A stretch of 60,341 nt of DNA, the filler included, from Globobulimina sp. (Eukaryota): assembly GCA_003354225.1 (NCBI GenBank). It is 13 parts of 13 records of this genome, joined end to end, with 100 filler letters (N's around TTAATTAATTAA, not from the genome) between each part and the next. Parts side by side here need not be neighbours in the genome. Positions count along the whole stretch, not along the records: positions 18,611 to 23,162 come from PIVH01001129.1; positions 23,263 to 27,813 come from PIVH01001130.1; positions 27,914 to 32,461 come from PIVH01001131.1; positions 32,562 to 37,109 come from PIVH01001132.1; 9 more parts are not named here. One strand, written 5' to 3'. Below, one piece after another: positions 21,440 through 33,165 of this stretch. Positions within the stretch are counted from its first letter, which is position 1; every line of letters begins with the position of its first letter. The notes beneath the pieces were generated by a model that saw only the letters and a program-made list of their open reading frames with translations, did not search any database and had not been told where the DNA came from. Both the position numbers and the translations under genes were made by a program.

Positions 21440-22675
21440 CTAACTTGCAAGAAGCAGTATATTCTCCAAAGTAATTGTATCGCAACAATATTTTATAAGT
21501 TTAACATCATTAAATCCGTTTTTTATTAAAAATTGTACTCTTCCTTCGTCCATTAATCGCCTACAAATAGATCCAATTTTATTTCTTTTCTCGTTATTTT
21601 GATTGTCAATGCCCCATTGGCTCATCTTTTTCAACATATCAAATTCATATTTATTTTCTATTAATTTAATATCATTCAATAAGTAATCTATATTACAATA
21701 TGTCTCATATGAACATAATGTCCGGCAACAAAGTGCAATGCCAATCAGTTTGCATTTGAACTTGGAATTATTTTTATGATTATTAGCAACAATACATCGT
21801 AGACCAAAATCCGTTGCATTGCCACATAAATGTTTACTAAATGCAATGTATTCGTGTCCAATGTCTTTGATCTCCAATTTATTTAAGTTTAAATGTTGTA
21901 ATCCACATTGAATTCGTTGCTTATTTTTTAAGCGATTGTCCTCCTTTGCTTTGCATTTATTATTAATGTCAATGATTACTAAGAATTTATCAATAAACCG
22001 ATGGAACATTGCGCCCAAACTTGCTTTTCCTGCACCTAATTCAAACAAAAAATAGTTATCTTTTGAGAAATTTATTCTTTTTAATCTGTTACAAATGTAA
22101 TAAATAATTAATTCGATTTGTTTACAATGCTTCATTTTTTTTTTATTTTTGTGGGTCTTTAAATATATTACTTTTATTTCATTAAAAGATTCTATTTTCC
22201 CAATATTTATTCTACGCAATCTAGCTTTTATTTCATTGTATTTTATTAATAATTTTTCAATGAATTTATTTTCTGTTACATGTATTTTTAATTTGTTTTC
22301 AGTGAAGTTATAATTTGAATAATCACCGAAAAAATTAATGTTTTTATCATAAAATAGTTGATTTGTAACCATATCCTGTTGTTTTTTGGTTGAACATTTA
22401 GTTAAATGTTTTTCTTTATGATATAATAAAATTGTTGCTTTGCAATATTCACATTGGATTTTCGTAAAATTCTTTTTCTTTTGCTGCATTGTACAGTGTT
22501 TATGAACCTTATGGTGAATATTAAAAATTATGTCAAAAAACGGTTGAAATACCTTCTTTTTTTGATTGTAATTTTTCGGTTTTGTTTTCTTTGTTGATGT
22601 GAACGCTAAATAGATTAAAGTCGCTGAACCGATTGTAAGTAAACTCACTATTACTTGACAAACGCACCAAAGCAT
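21440..22675 (-). CDS. TRM13: tRNA:m4X 2'-O-methyltransferase TRM13-like
   Basis: CHHC-type Zn knuckle CEYCKATILLYHKEKHLTKC, KHCKQIELI, FELGAGKASLG, SKHLCGNATDFGLRC, IGIALCC, IGSICRRLMDEGRVQFL and ITLENILLLA. The 5' exon structure is uncertain. Confidence 0.85.
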   Translation of the reverse strand: MLWCVCQVIVSLLTIGSATLIYLAFTSTKKTKPKNYNQKKKVFQPFFDIIFNIHHKVHKHCTMQQKKKNFTKIQCEYCKATILLYHKEKHLTKCSTKKQQDMVTNQLFYDKNINFFGDYSNYNFTENKLKIHVTENKFIEKLLIKYNEIKARLRRINIGKIESFNEIKVIYLKTHKNKKKMKHCKQIELIIYYICNRLKRINFSKDNYFLFELGAGKASLGAMFHRFIDKFLVIIDINNKCKAKEDNRLKNKQRIQCGLQHLNLNKLEIKDIGHEYIAFSKHLCGNATDFGLRCIVANNHKNNSKFKCKLIGIALCCRTLCSYETYCNIDYLLNDIKLIENKYEFDMLKKMSQWGIDNQNNEKRNKIGSICRRLMDEGRVQFLIKNGFNDVKLIKYCCDTITLENILLLAS

Positions 22676-23273
22676 TCCACGAGGTAGTACCTAAAGTGTT
22701 GTGTTATGTATCTGAATATATTATGAAAAAAAAAAGTTAAGTAAAAAAAAAAAAGTTAAACATGTCAGTCACTTGTAATCTCGATACAAAATTGGTTGAT
22801 GACGGATCAGTTTTATCACCAGCAATGCTACAACGTAACAGTCGTAACCACACCACGAACAATGTAATTACGACCTCAACGTAACAGTCGTACTTACATT
22901 GAGGATCTGAGCAATAACAATAGAAATAAAATCCAATCATTCCCTTTCCATACACAATACAATAAACAACAAATATATTATTGCTAGAAATTACATCGCA
23001 ACATTCAAAGTTGCGTTTATTTTGCAAACAAACATAGCTGCGACACAGTTATGATATTTAATGCCGAAAGAATTGTGGAAAGGGAATGTTTTTTTGTATT
23101 GTTATGGCATCAGTTATCAGCATTTACTTCGTTCGACAATGTGTTGTCGTTACACTTAGCACNNNNNNNNNNNNNNNNNNNNNNNNNNNNNNNNNNNNNN
23201 NNNNNNTTAATTAATTAANNNNNNNNNNNNNNNNNNNNNNNNNNNNNNNNNNNNNNNNNNNNTCACATAACAT

Positions 23274-24375
23274 TTAGATGAATGATGTGTAAATATTATA
23301 CATACCATTATCATCATCAATATCTGGATCTGAATCTTGCTCTGAATCATTAGGTTTCCCCTTCACCATTAAATAGATCCGGTACAAGCAATAAACAGAA
23401 TACAATCCAGCAAAAAACAAAGTTCCTAACGAAATATATTCAAAAGCGTCCATTAAACTATGTATTAAATATTAAATAATATATGAATAACAACAAAACA
23501 GAAATACAATATAATAAAATATATCTTAATTGCTACTTTGAATATTCTTTTTCATCAAATGTCCAATGAATAATCCATCGGCTACTTTTAAATGCATTCG
23601 GAAACCTCCAAAATACCAAAATTGCTGTTGTGTCAATTCGTGCAAATGCCCATAAATCGTTCCTACAAAATAACACTGCTCTGACATACGCCACAATAAT
23701 TATCAATGAATGAACAGTCAATGCCTCCGGGATTTCGAAAGCAATAAACGATGGCTGCCATAATGAAAACAATGTAATCCAACCCAAATCTAAATTGTAT
23801 ACAGCATCATGATAATGTCCCTCATCAACATATGCGATATTTTTTGTTATTTTCGCGATGGGGAAATATAATGCCAAACTAACACATAAAATGGCACCGC
23901 TAATTACATTATAAGAGTAGTATTCATTTGCGGCAAATTCATAATATGTAGCAACTAAGATATTTGCCAATAATATGATATAACAAAACCAGGCCAAAAA
24001 AACAGCGCCACATTTATTATCGAATATTTTATTTGATATCCAACGTAACCAAAAATGGAAGGATTTTAAATGAGGCTCAATCGAGTCATCTTTTGCAATG
24101 ACACTAATTCGCGCCAATAATATAATAATAAATGAACCAGCAATAAGAGGAAATTTCATCAGATGAAAGCTTGTTTGATGGCCATATTCAAGAATATAAA
24201 TCAAAACCACACATACAAGAAATGTGATTATGACTAATGATGTATTAATGTAAATAAACCTGGGTAAACGATGAAATTCCACGATTCCATATAAAATGGA
24301 CCCGCAAACTATGAATTCCAACAAAAGCCAGTACCACGTATCATCATCTACTGAGTCAGTCGCTGTGTTTGCCAT
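23274..24375 (-). CDS. Multi-pass membrane protein, DUF5692-like; intron 23458-23536
   Basis: Eight or more TM helices. LLANILVATYYEF, YNVISGAIL, LGWITLFSLWQPSF and DLWAFARIDT recall DUF5692 motif spacing (from memory, not searched). Confidence 0.55.
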
Positions 24376-24474
24376 TCTAAGTTCAAGACGAAAACAGAAA
24401 CGTTTTTACTAATTTGAAAAACAGAAATGTGAAAAACTTCTAAAGTTTTGTGTCACAAACAGTCAAACAGTGAG

Positions 24475-26625
24475 ATGGCAACAGACAGTGAGACATCAGG
24501 TGAAGTAGCAATAAAATATGAACCGTTACGTTTTTGTGGTGCTTCATTAGATTCAGTATTAGTGGCACATGCTTATCGTAAGTACGTTCGTACAAATCCA
24601 AACTCACTGTCACAAGTATCAGGACATGGTGGTACCTCAAAATATGCCCAATGGAAATTGCATGCAATGAGTAAAAATATATTTAAATTACAAAATTTGC
24701 AATCTGGTAAATATTTACGTATAATTAACGGTGGCCAGACCGTAGACGTTGGTGGTACAGGTGGCAAATTTACGTTATTTAAAGCAGCTCAACAGAATCC
24801 AATTTCAAATAATATGGTACAACCTCACCAAATACAATTAGAATCCGTTCAATTTCCTGCATATTTCCTCGCTGTTAATGGCCAATGCAATGTATATTCA
24901 CTTAACGCAAATAATTGTGCTAAAAATACAAATAAAAATGATATCAATTTGTACTTATATGCACGGCCACAAATTCATAACAATTGTGAAGAAAAACAAG
25001 CAGAGTCAGCAAATGTATTAAAACCTGGCATTGTTGTTATCCAACACGCATTGAATAAACATTTACGAGTTCAGCCAGCAAACGAAAACAATGCAAACGG
25101 TATGGCCAATCCGTAGAAAATAGAAACGTTCCTCAACGCAAAAACTCACATTATTTTAGGTAATGGAGGACGCGGCGAATTCGCCCGTTGGGAATTAGAG
25201 ATTCATGGATTGAATTTAGTAAAATTCAAAAGTACGAAAAGTGGGAAGTATTTGCGGATAATTAAGAATGGCAAAGTTTGCAACGTCGGCGGCAACGGCG
25301 GTATTTATACATTATTCAAATACGACCCAACCGCAAAAACATTAGAATCGAATAAGTTTCCCGGCGTTTACTTGGCAATGAATAAACACAACACATCCGA
25401 GGTGTTTTCAGTGCGTAAAGAGCTGAAAAATAGCGATTATGTGTATGAATTTAATATTATTCCTCTACGGATGGTTGTGGTGCAACATGCATTTGGCAAA
25501 TGTTTGCGTGTCACTCCAGGCAAAGAAGTGGAGATCAATGGAGATGGCGGCAATGGTAAATTTGCGCGATGGATGGTTGAGTATTTTGACAATTTCGATG
25601 AGAGCAAAATTAAATTGAAATCGCACAAATCGGGGCGATATTTGAGGATAATTCGACATGGCACGGTGGTTAATGTTGGAGGTTCTGGTGGGAAATTTAC
25701 AGTGTTTAAATGGGATAAAAATGAACAGACTTTAGAATCAAATCACTTTCCGGGTGTTTTTTTGGCTGTGAATCAGATGAATAATACGGTGCAATGTGTG
25801 CAGCGACAATCTGTGATGAATAATATGCACATTTCGATGAGGTTTGATATCGTTGATTTGGAGCATGTGCACGTTGCACATAACTGCAACAAAGCTGGCA
25901 AGCAGAAATTGGGTGCATTCAATGCAAAATATAGATTCTCGAATGGTTCTGCTGCAGCGGCGGTGGTGGTGGTTCGCTCTGAAAGCAATGGCAAATCGTT
26001 GAGGGTGAAACCGGGCAATGTGGAGGTCTCCAATTGTTTGGGTGGTTGCGGTGGTTTTGCTCGTTGGAAAATATCACATCATGGCGGTGATGTGTATAAA
26101 TTGCAAAGTATGCACTCGCGGAAATTTATACGTGTTGCGCCAAAGCAGAATGGCTCAGAGGTGGATGTACGTGGCGGCGGTGGTAAATATACGCAATGGA
26201 GAGCGCATATGGTCAGTGGTGGCAATGTGGTTACTTTTGAGAGTGTGGTGTTTGCAAATAAATATTTGGGCTGTGATCAGAAAGGGAATGTATATGTTTC
26301 TGATGGTAATTGTAAGGACTGTATGTTTGCGGTGTGGACGCAATTTGGAAGGAATAATAATGGGGATATTGGTGGGGATGTAATTAAAAACCAACAAGCT
26401 TTGATTGAACAACAGAAAGCATTTATTGATCAGTTACAAAGTACGGTTGTTAGCCAGCAACAGATTATTAATAATTTGAGGGGGAATAATAATGGATATG
26501 GACAACAGAATATGTATCCTGTGTTACAGTCGAATGTAAATCAAAATGGCAACGGTACACAAACCAACGATGGTGAACATGATGGATTTGAATATGTTTC
26601 GGATCCTGGCAGTACAAAAAAATAA
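24475..26625 (+). CDS. Protein with four tandem beta-trefoil-like (fascin/ricin-B-like) units and a Gln-rich coiled-coil tail; intron 25100-25159
   Basis: The unit KxLRVxP..GxGGxGxFARW..KLxSxxSGKYLRI..VxVGGxGGKFTxFK..ESxxFPxxYLA occurs four times. The intron joins ORFs 24448 and 25210 in frame. Confidence 0.75.
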
Positions 26626-26851
26626 ATAAAATGCATATATACATAAATAATGTGTCTAGATCTATTTATCAATTCCTGTTTTTGATCGTCAAATGAAATA
26701 TTTGAAAAGAGTTTTTCGAGAGTTAAGCCTGTCAACTTTCGCATCATCACAAAATCCACAAACTGCTTAAACATTGATACAGGTGAATAATCAACAAAGT
26801 CTTGCTTGCTTTTCCGACATTGGAGCTCCCCAAACACAAATTTGATTTACA

Positions 26852-27424
26852 ATGACGCATCAACCAGAAATATTAAATGATGTTGAACTGGACAGTGATT
26901 ACAGTGAATCACCAAACATTGAACAAAAACAAGCCACGGAATTAAAAGAAAAAGAAGAAGAGCACTCAGCAGAGACATGGTGGAATACGGCATATAAAGT
27001 TGGCGAGAACGTGTTATTTGTGGTAGATTTTTTAGGTGAAGTATTTGCAGAGTTTTTTGGAATGACACAATCGAGATATCAATGGGCAATCGATGCACAT
27101 GAACGGCAACAGCGATGGGAGAGAGAGGACCAAAAAAAGGAGGAAATTCATAAAAAAATGTTAATAGACCAATATAAAAAAAATAAAAGACATAAAAAAG
27201 AAATAAGCACTAATAATGACTGTGAATTTGAAGATGTTGATATTAATCCAAATAATCTTTCATTGTCAATAAAGAACAGAAACAATGTAATCATCGATGA
27301 GGAGGAACTAAGAATGAATTATATGGCAACAAATAAGCTGGAAGATGATGGTAAAGAGGAAGAAGAAAATGAGCCGGAGATAATGGAAGGAAATAATGAA
27401 AATGATCCGGTTGAAGTCAGTTGA
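26852..27424 (+). CDS. FAM177: FAM177-family protein
   Basis: VLFVVDFLGEVFAEFFGMTQSRYQWAIDAHER matches the FAM177 core motif (DFLGExxAxxxGITxPKYQYAID), followed by a charged coiled coil. Confidence 0.75.
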   Translation: MTHQPEILNDVELDSDYSESPNIEQKQATELKEKEEEHSAETWWNTAYKVGENVLFVVDFLGEVFAEFFGMTQSRYQWAIDAHERQQRWEREDQKKEEIHKKMLIDQYKKNKRHKKEISTNNDCEFEDVDINPNNLSLSIKNRNNVIIDEEELRMNYMATNKLEDDGKEEEENEPEIMEGNNENDPVEVS

Positions 27425-28171
27425 ATATAATAATATTTGTGTTTGAGTGATTTATTTATTTATTTTTTGAATGCATTATCTATTTACACAAAACAAGGAA
27501 ATAAAACTTGGGTTTTTAATGTTTGTTAACTAGTTTGTTTATATGGCTATCCACTGCGCACTAAGCGCCGCAGGCATATCGGATTTCAACTTTTGCACTG
27601 ATGGGATTTCTATTTTTCTAACTAGTGACGTAATTTATTGTGGGATTTGTGGTGATCATTCAACGGCAAACGGTACAATATCAGAAACTGTTATTGAGTC
27701 ATAGATCCAGCTAAAAAGTGACTCTAAAAAGTGAGAAAACTAGCTGACTCTAAAAAGTGACACTATTCAATTATAGCAAATAGTGAATAAAAAAAGTGAG
27801 CCAAAACCTCAAANNNNNNNNNNNNNNNNNNNNNNNNNNNNNNNNNNNNNNNNNNNNTTAATTAATTAANNNNNNNNNNNNNNNNNNNNNNNNNNNNNNN
27901 NNNNNNNNNNNNNTGAAGCACTCAAATGTTAGTAAAAATAGAAAATTTAAATGTTGATTGAAGAAATGAACTAAAAGCAAAAACCCTATTGTAATTGCAA
28001 GTGAGTGAACAAATTTAAAACACTATTAAAATTAAAAACGCTAACACTAAAAAACAACAGTAAAAAAAAACGTTATTAAATTCGCGTTTATTCGTGCAAA
28101 GATACAAATATACGTACAACGAAAATAACTAAAAATAATAACATATATTATACGAAATGATCTTGTATTAA

Positions 28172-29679
28172 TCATTTAAATTGTTGAATTCCGTGCATTG
28201 TACATAGCTCGCTTTTATGAATACAAGTACCCGATGAATCTCTCCATGTTTGCAAACATTTAAAACAAAATTCATGTGGACAACCAAGACATGTCATATG
28301 TTTACATGCTTCTGTGAACTCAATTAACTGTGCATTTTATCAATATGTTTACATAAAAAAATTTCAATAAATCATATCTTAACTGTCAAACATTTAGGAC
28401 ATGCTCTCATATCCGGCATTTTGTCTTCCTCTTTAACCCAACGTGATTTTTTTGGATCAATATAAGTTTCCTGTGACAAAACTAAATTTAATTTCTCTCC
28501 TAAACAACCATCATTGCCACAAATTGCTCCATAACCACACCCTTTCCATATTTGAAGACAATGCCAACACCAATCAGCTTTATTACACTGCGTACACCGC
28601 ACTCTCCATATTCGTAAATTTGGCGGTCTTTCAGTGACACAACCACACTGTGGACAACTTTTGGAGCCGGATTTACGATTATTTATTACTTTCGAATATC
28701 GATTAATTTCATTTCGTGATAAATCAGAGACAATAAATACGAGTTTCAAATCCCATAACCTTTCACCATCTGTACCTTTACATTTATCCTTTGGTACCGG
28801 ACAATATACATTTACTGCTTTCATATCTTTTTCAAAGGTACTTTTTAAATATCTCCACATTGTATCGGATGCAATGGAACAACCACAGGGCATTTGCGCT
28901 CGTTTAATACCATCGCGATCTGTATAACCCATAATGCAGTCTGGCTGTTTCGATAAGATTATATTTTTATACTTTCTATATCGCAACTTTCGTTTTCTAA
29001 ATCTGTCTTTATCATTTCCATCATATTGTAATTCCTTTTCTGTGCCATGCTCATATTTGTTTTGTACTTTTTCTTCCGCACCACCCTTAACCCTAAAAAC
29101 GACACAAATGGGCAACAATCCATCGGTGCAGTCATAATCTTGCAATGTTTTATCATTTGCCATTGGTTTTGCGTTATATTTGAACGATATTTTCTCTTTT
29201 TCATTAGCACCCCATTTAGCGCTGGCATATTTATGTGCGGATGTTTCGTCGCCATATTCAATTAAATATAATGATTTCACTTCTTTGATTTTCATCGTTT
29301 TTTCAATGTGTTTAATATTAATGGATTGGACATTCGCGCCAATGAAATTCAATGTAAATCTATCATTTCTATTATCGTTATCCTGCCTATTGCCACCACC
29401 ACCATTTCTATTCAATTTATCATCAAATTCAGCCTCTAATTTATCCTCAATCGCAGCCAATAATTTACCTGCTTTAATGCCGTCAATACCGCACATTTCT
29501 TTTAAATCCTCTTTTTCTGCTTCGCTTAAATCCTTTCCAGTCACCGGCATTTCATTATCTTCAGAATATTGTGTAATACCCGCAATTATTTGTTGCCTCA
29601 CCTTATCGCTCAATGTTGAAATGGTACCAATCCAGTTCTCAACTTCCTCTTGATCCCAATCTTTCATTTCTTCGCCCAT
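28172..29679 (-). CDS. SAM + ubiquitin-like + RBR (RING1-IBR-RING2) E3 ubiquitin ligase; intron 28328-28383
   Basis: SAM motif KDWDQEEVENWI..VTGKDL. UBL ends VVFRVKGG. RING1 MPCGCSI..CP. IBR CPQCG..RVRCTQC..WCWHCLQIW. Spliced RING2 RACPKCLT/LIEFTEACKHMTCLGCPHEFCFKCL carries the catalytic Cys. Confidence 0.88.
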
Positions 29680-29881
29680 TGTTTTTTTTGTCCTTTTTTT
29701 CTAGATCTTCTGTGAAGGTAATTATGATGTATTTGTTGTGAATAATGTATATATATAATACACATATGTACCTCAAAAAGAAAATGTGATAAATTTCAAA
29801 TCTACAAACAACAAAATGAGAGAAATAGTAAGGTTGTTGGGTTATTGATGAAAAACAGATTTTAAAACTTCTTAATTTAGT

Positions 29882-31186
29882 TTAGGGCAATTCAAATCCA
29901 AATAAATACCTAACAATAAACTGAGACTGCGATAACGAAAATAAATGCAAATCAATGCATAATTTACCAGTAATTTTATCATATGTTTGATATCCAATCA
30001 ATTGTTTACTTATCAACCATTCAAAAACATTTACAATTTGGATTGGATCATGTGACTCATATAAAAATATGGCACCATCTAATTGTATTTTGGCAATGTT
30101 TTGCGAAACAGATAAGCCATAAAACTTTAATTCAGAATATATCACCTTTTTCAATCTCAAATATAGTTTATATTTCTCATTAAAACTTAATAAATTATTA
30201 TCAATCATTTGTGCCAATGCTATGCACTTCAAACTCATCATTGTAACATTTGGCTTATTGCCATTATCCATCCATTCTTGTATTATATGTATGCATTGTT
30301 TGTATTCCTTTGCCATTATACATCCTCTCATAATATCAGCCATTGTGTTCTCTGTTAATTTTAATCCATATTTCATAAATAAATTAACAACATTCTGCAT
30401 TCCATTCAGATCACCGCAACGACTGAAACCATTCAAATATGCATTAAATATAACCACATCCGCTTCAACCTCATTATTCTGTATTGTATCAATATATTGA
30501 TTGAATATTTTGGTGGCATGCTCTGTTTTCTTAGCGCGAGAATACGTTGATATCATCTCACAATATACGATATTATGCGGACATAATTTATATTTTTCAG
30601 TCATTAGTTTCCAATATGTTTCAGCTTGTTTGTAGTTTGTTTGTCGTCTCAATGATTTGATGATTGATGAAAACGTTATAACATCGGGTGTTATGCCATA
30701 TTTTTCTGTCATAATATTAAAATATTTGATACATATTTCGGGTGAATCTGATAATGCCATATTATTAATAAATATATTAAATGAAACAAGATCAGGTTTA
30801 ATGTATTCGTTTGATATTAATAATCTCATTATTTTATGGATAGAATTCCAATCTTGGAGCATTCCACATTTTTGCATTGCTTTGTTATAAATACAATTAT
30901 GAATCATATCATGTTTATTATTTATAATAATATGTAATAACTGTGCTCCATTTGTTTGTTCATCAATCATATCAATTATTTTTTTATTACATACACCAAT
31001 TGGAAAAGCAATAGGATCTCTCACAAAGCTTTGAGCTGTATTAATCCATTCATTTCTTACTGAATCTGATAATTGATTGAGATGCACATTTTGGGAGTGA
31101 CCGGTGATTGTACGGTTAAATCGCATCGATACAAATTTAAAACCATTCAACGTACATAATCTAACAGATTTAACTGAATGCGACAT
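29882..31186 (-). CDS. Pentatricopeptide-repeat protein with the start of an Smr-like domain; likely mitochondrial
   Basis: PPR motifs IKPDLVSFNIFI, GITPDVITFSSII, EADVVIFNAYL and NKPNVTMMS. C-terminal CIDLHLFS. Basic, acid-free N-terminus. Confidence 0.85.
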   Translation of the reverse strand: MSHSVKSVRLCTLNGFKFVSMRFNRTITGHSQNVHLNQLSDSVRNEWINTAQSFVRDPIAFPIGVCNKKIIDMIDEQTNGAQLLHIIINNKHDMIHNCIYNKAMQKCGMLQDWNSIHKIMRLLISNEYIKPDLVSFNIFINNMALSDSPEICIKYFNIMTEKYGITPDVITFSSIIKSLRRQTNYKQAETYWKLMTEKYKLCPHNIVYCEMISTYSRAKKTEHATKIFNQYIDTIQNNEVEADVVIFNAYLNGFSRCGDLNGMQNVVNLFMKYGLKLTENTMADIMRGCIMAKEYKQCIHIIQEWMDNGNKPNVTMMSLKCIALAQMIDNNLLSFNEKYKLYLRLKKVIYSELKFYGLSVSQNIAKIQLDGAIFLYESHDPIQIVNVFEWLISKQLIGYQTYDKITGKLCIDLHLFSLSQSQFIVRYLFGFELP

Positions 31187-31243
31187 GATTTTGTTTATTA
31201 AAATGGAAATCTACTCAGGTAAAAAAAAATGTTATTCAAAATC

Positions 31244-32084
31244 TCATTTTCCTTTTGAATATTTGTGATAGATTTGTAAACAGTCTTTTTCCAAACGATA
31301 AATCTGATCAAATTGGGCTTTAGTTTCAGGCATCGCATAAATGCCTTTGTTGATATCAGATTCATTTGGATGTCTTACTGAATGAAGCTCATTTAAGAAT
31401 TTTATGGATGTCACACTATCCATTCCATACATTTCTTGTAATAATAAACTTGAAATCAATCCAGTTCGCCCATGTCCTATATATTAGATTTAAATGCAAC
31501 GAGAACTGTATATATCACCCAAACAAATGAAAAAAAACATCTTTTTGTAGACCAGAAAAACAATGCATATAAATCATATGACGCATTGTGTTTTGCGCAC
31601 TGAAATCTTTATTCATTGTCAATATATTCTGTGTTAATTCATCTATAAATGTGACTGTTTCTGTATCACCAACAATGGCATAATCATCGATAGTGAATGC
31701 AATCAATTCAATATTATCTATATTCTCACAACAAGTTTCTATATCATTTTGATATAATTCATGTTTCCATTCATATAAAGATATGAATTTTGTGATTCCA
31801 TCTTGAATTAACTGAGGAATAAAACTTGAGGGATCTTGACCAATCAACAATGTATATGGCATTACCCAATGAGCAGATGTTTGAAGCGATGTGTATTGAT
31901 ATTGTTCAATAAATACAAGGTCATTTAAATTTGTCAATGATAATGAAGGAATTATATCTGAATTGATTGATTCATAATCTGTTTTTATATCTTTTGCATT
32001 GTACCAAGCATTGCTTGCAGTTCTGACCAAATTTGGTTGTTGTTTAGTTGAAATTGATCGTACAGCACGTGTTATCTGCCACAT
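31244..32084 (-). CDS. Cys-based protein tyrosine/dual-specificity phosphatase-like protein; intron 31477-31552
   Basis: Splicing creates the CX5R motif YMHCFSG/HGRTGL. Also FTIDDYAI (general acid loop) and MPETKAQ. Confidence 0.85.
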
Positions 32085-32254
32085 CAGAAATCAAATTTCT
32101 TAATTTGAAAGTGCAAAAACTCTTGCTTGCAGCGAGTGAAATTCTTAATTCGAAAAATTGCCATTTTTGAAAGGAAGCTTTATTTTAAGACTTGTTTGAT
32201 CATCCACCATGAAAAAACTAGTAATTAATAAATACATGAGATATTTATATAAAA

Positions 32255-32461
32255 CTAAATCTGCCCTTTTCCATTACAACTCACACAAGTTACCATTTTA
32301 GTTCTGTATTTTGTTTCAAGTGTTCCTTTTCCACCAACACAAACAGGACACACTGCAGATTCATAATAATAATTTGTTGTTGTTTGAAATTTGGTTCCCT
32401 GACAATAACCACAATTATGTGAATTTGCAATACACGTCGGACAATCATCAGTTCTTCCCGT
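32255..32461 (-). CDS. C-terminal fragment with DnaJ-type CxxCxGxG zinc-finger repeats; 5'-partial
   Basis: Manual translation: CGYCQGTK..CPVCVGGKG..CVSCNGKGQI*. Confidence 0.6.
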   Translation of the reverse strand, partial: TGRTDDCPTCIANSHNCGYCQGTKFQTTTNYYYESAVCPVCVGGKGTLETKYRTKMVTCVSCNGKGQI

Positions 32462-32561
32462 NNNNNNNNNNNNNNNNNNNNNNNNNNNNNNNNNNNNNNN
32501 NNNNNTTAATTAATTAANNNNNNNNNNNNNNNNNNNNNNNNNNNNNNNNNNNNNNNNNNNN

Positions 32562-33000
32562 TTTTTTCTTTTTTTCTTTTTTCTATTCAATCCGTAGTGG
32601 TTTATCACCACCAATTCTTTCCTTCCTTTTTTCCAATTTTTACAACATTATCCTCAACATAATCAGAATTAGGTTCCAATCTTTCTAGTGATGCTTGCCA
32701 ATCCGACAATGGCCGTAATGTCAGCGGGATGTGGCTATAAAATCCTAGACAATTCTGCTTATCATAGATCTTATATAAATGTTGACGGGTTAATGTAAAC
32801 GTTGGTGCTGTGATTCCTTTCTTTTCATATCTTCTACGTTGTGATAATTTTGCGTGTGATATTAATTTTCGAAAGTATCCAGTTTTGGTGCATCTAAACT
32901 GATAATCCTTTTCTCTTCGATCTGCATTGTTTGCACCACTTCTAATATAGAATCCGGAAATTGGTTGATAGAGTTGGCATTTCGTGCATTGATACTGCAT
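32562..33000 (-). CDS. HNH/His-Me-finger endonuclease-like protein fragment; 3'-partial
   Basis: CTKC zinc knuckle, then FTLTRQHLYKIYDKQNCLGFYSHIPL..WQASLERLEPNSDYVEDNV, similar to the SLDRIDxxxGYxxxNV motif. A probable intron donor near 32643 runs to the contig end. Confidence 0.55.
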
Positions 33001-33165
33001 AGTACTGCTTCTTCTCGGATGAAGCAACCATAAAAAGCATTTTGACTTGACTTAACTTATTTGGTTTTTGGAAACATTTTTTAAAACACGATAAATGGAA
33101 ATATATCCGCCATGATGCATTAATTGTCATATTAAAAAGAAGTTTGTATATTGTCTCAATCAGTT

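Noticed and set aside
22737-23162. Cys-rich minus-strand ORF upstream of TRM13
   Set aside because: No recognisable domain and no consistent splice model could be built by eye.
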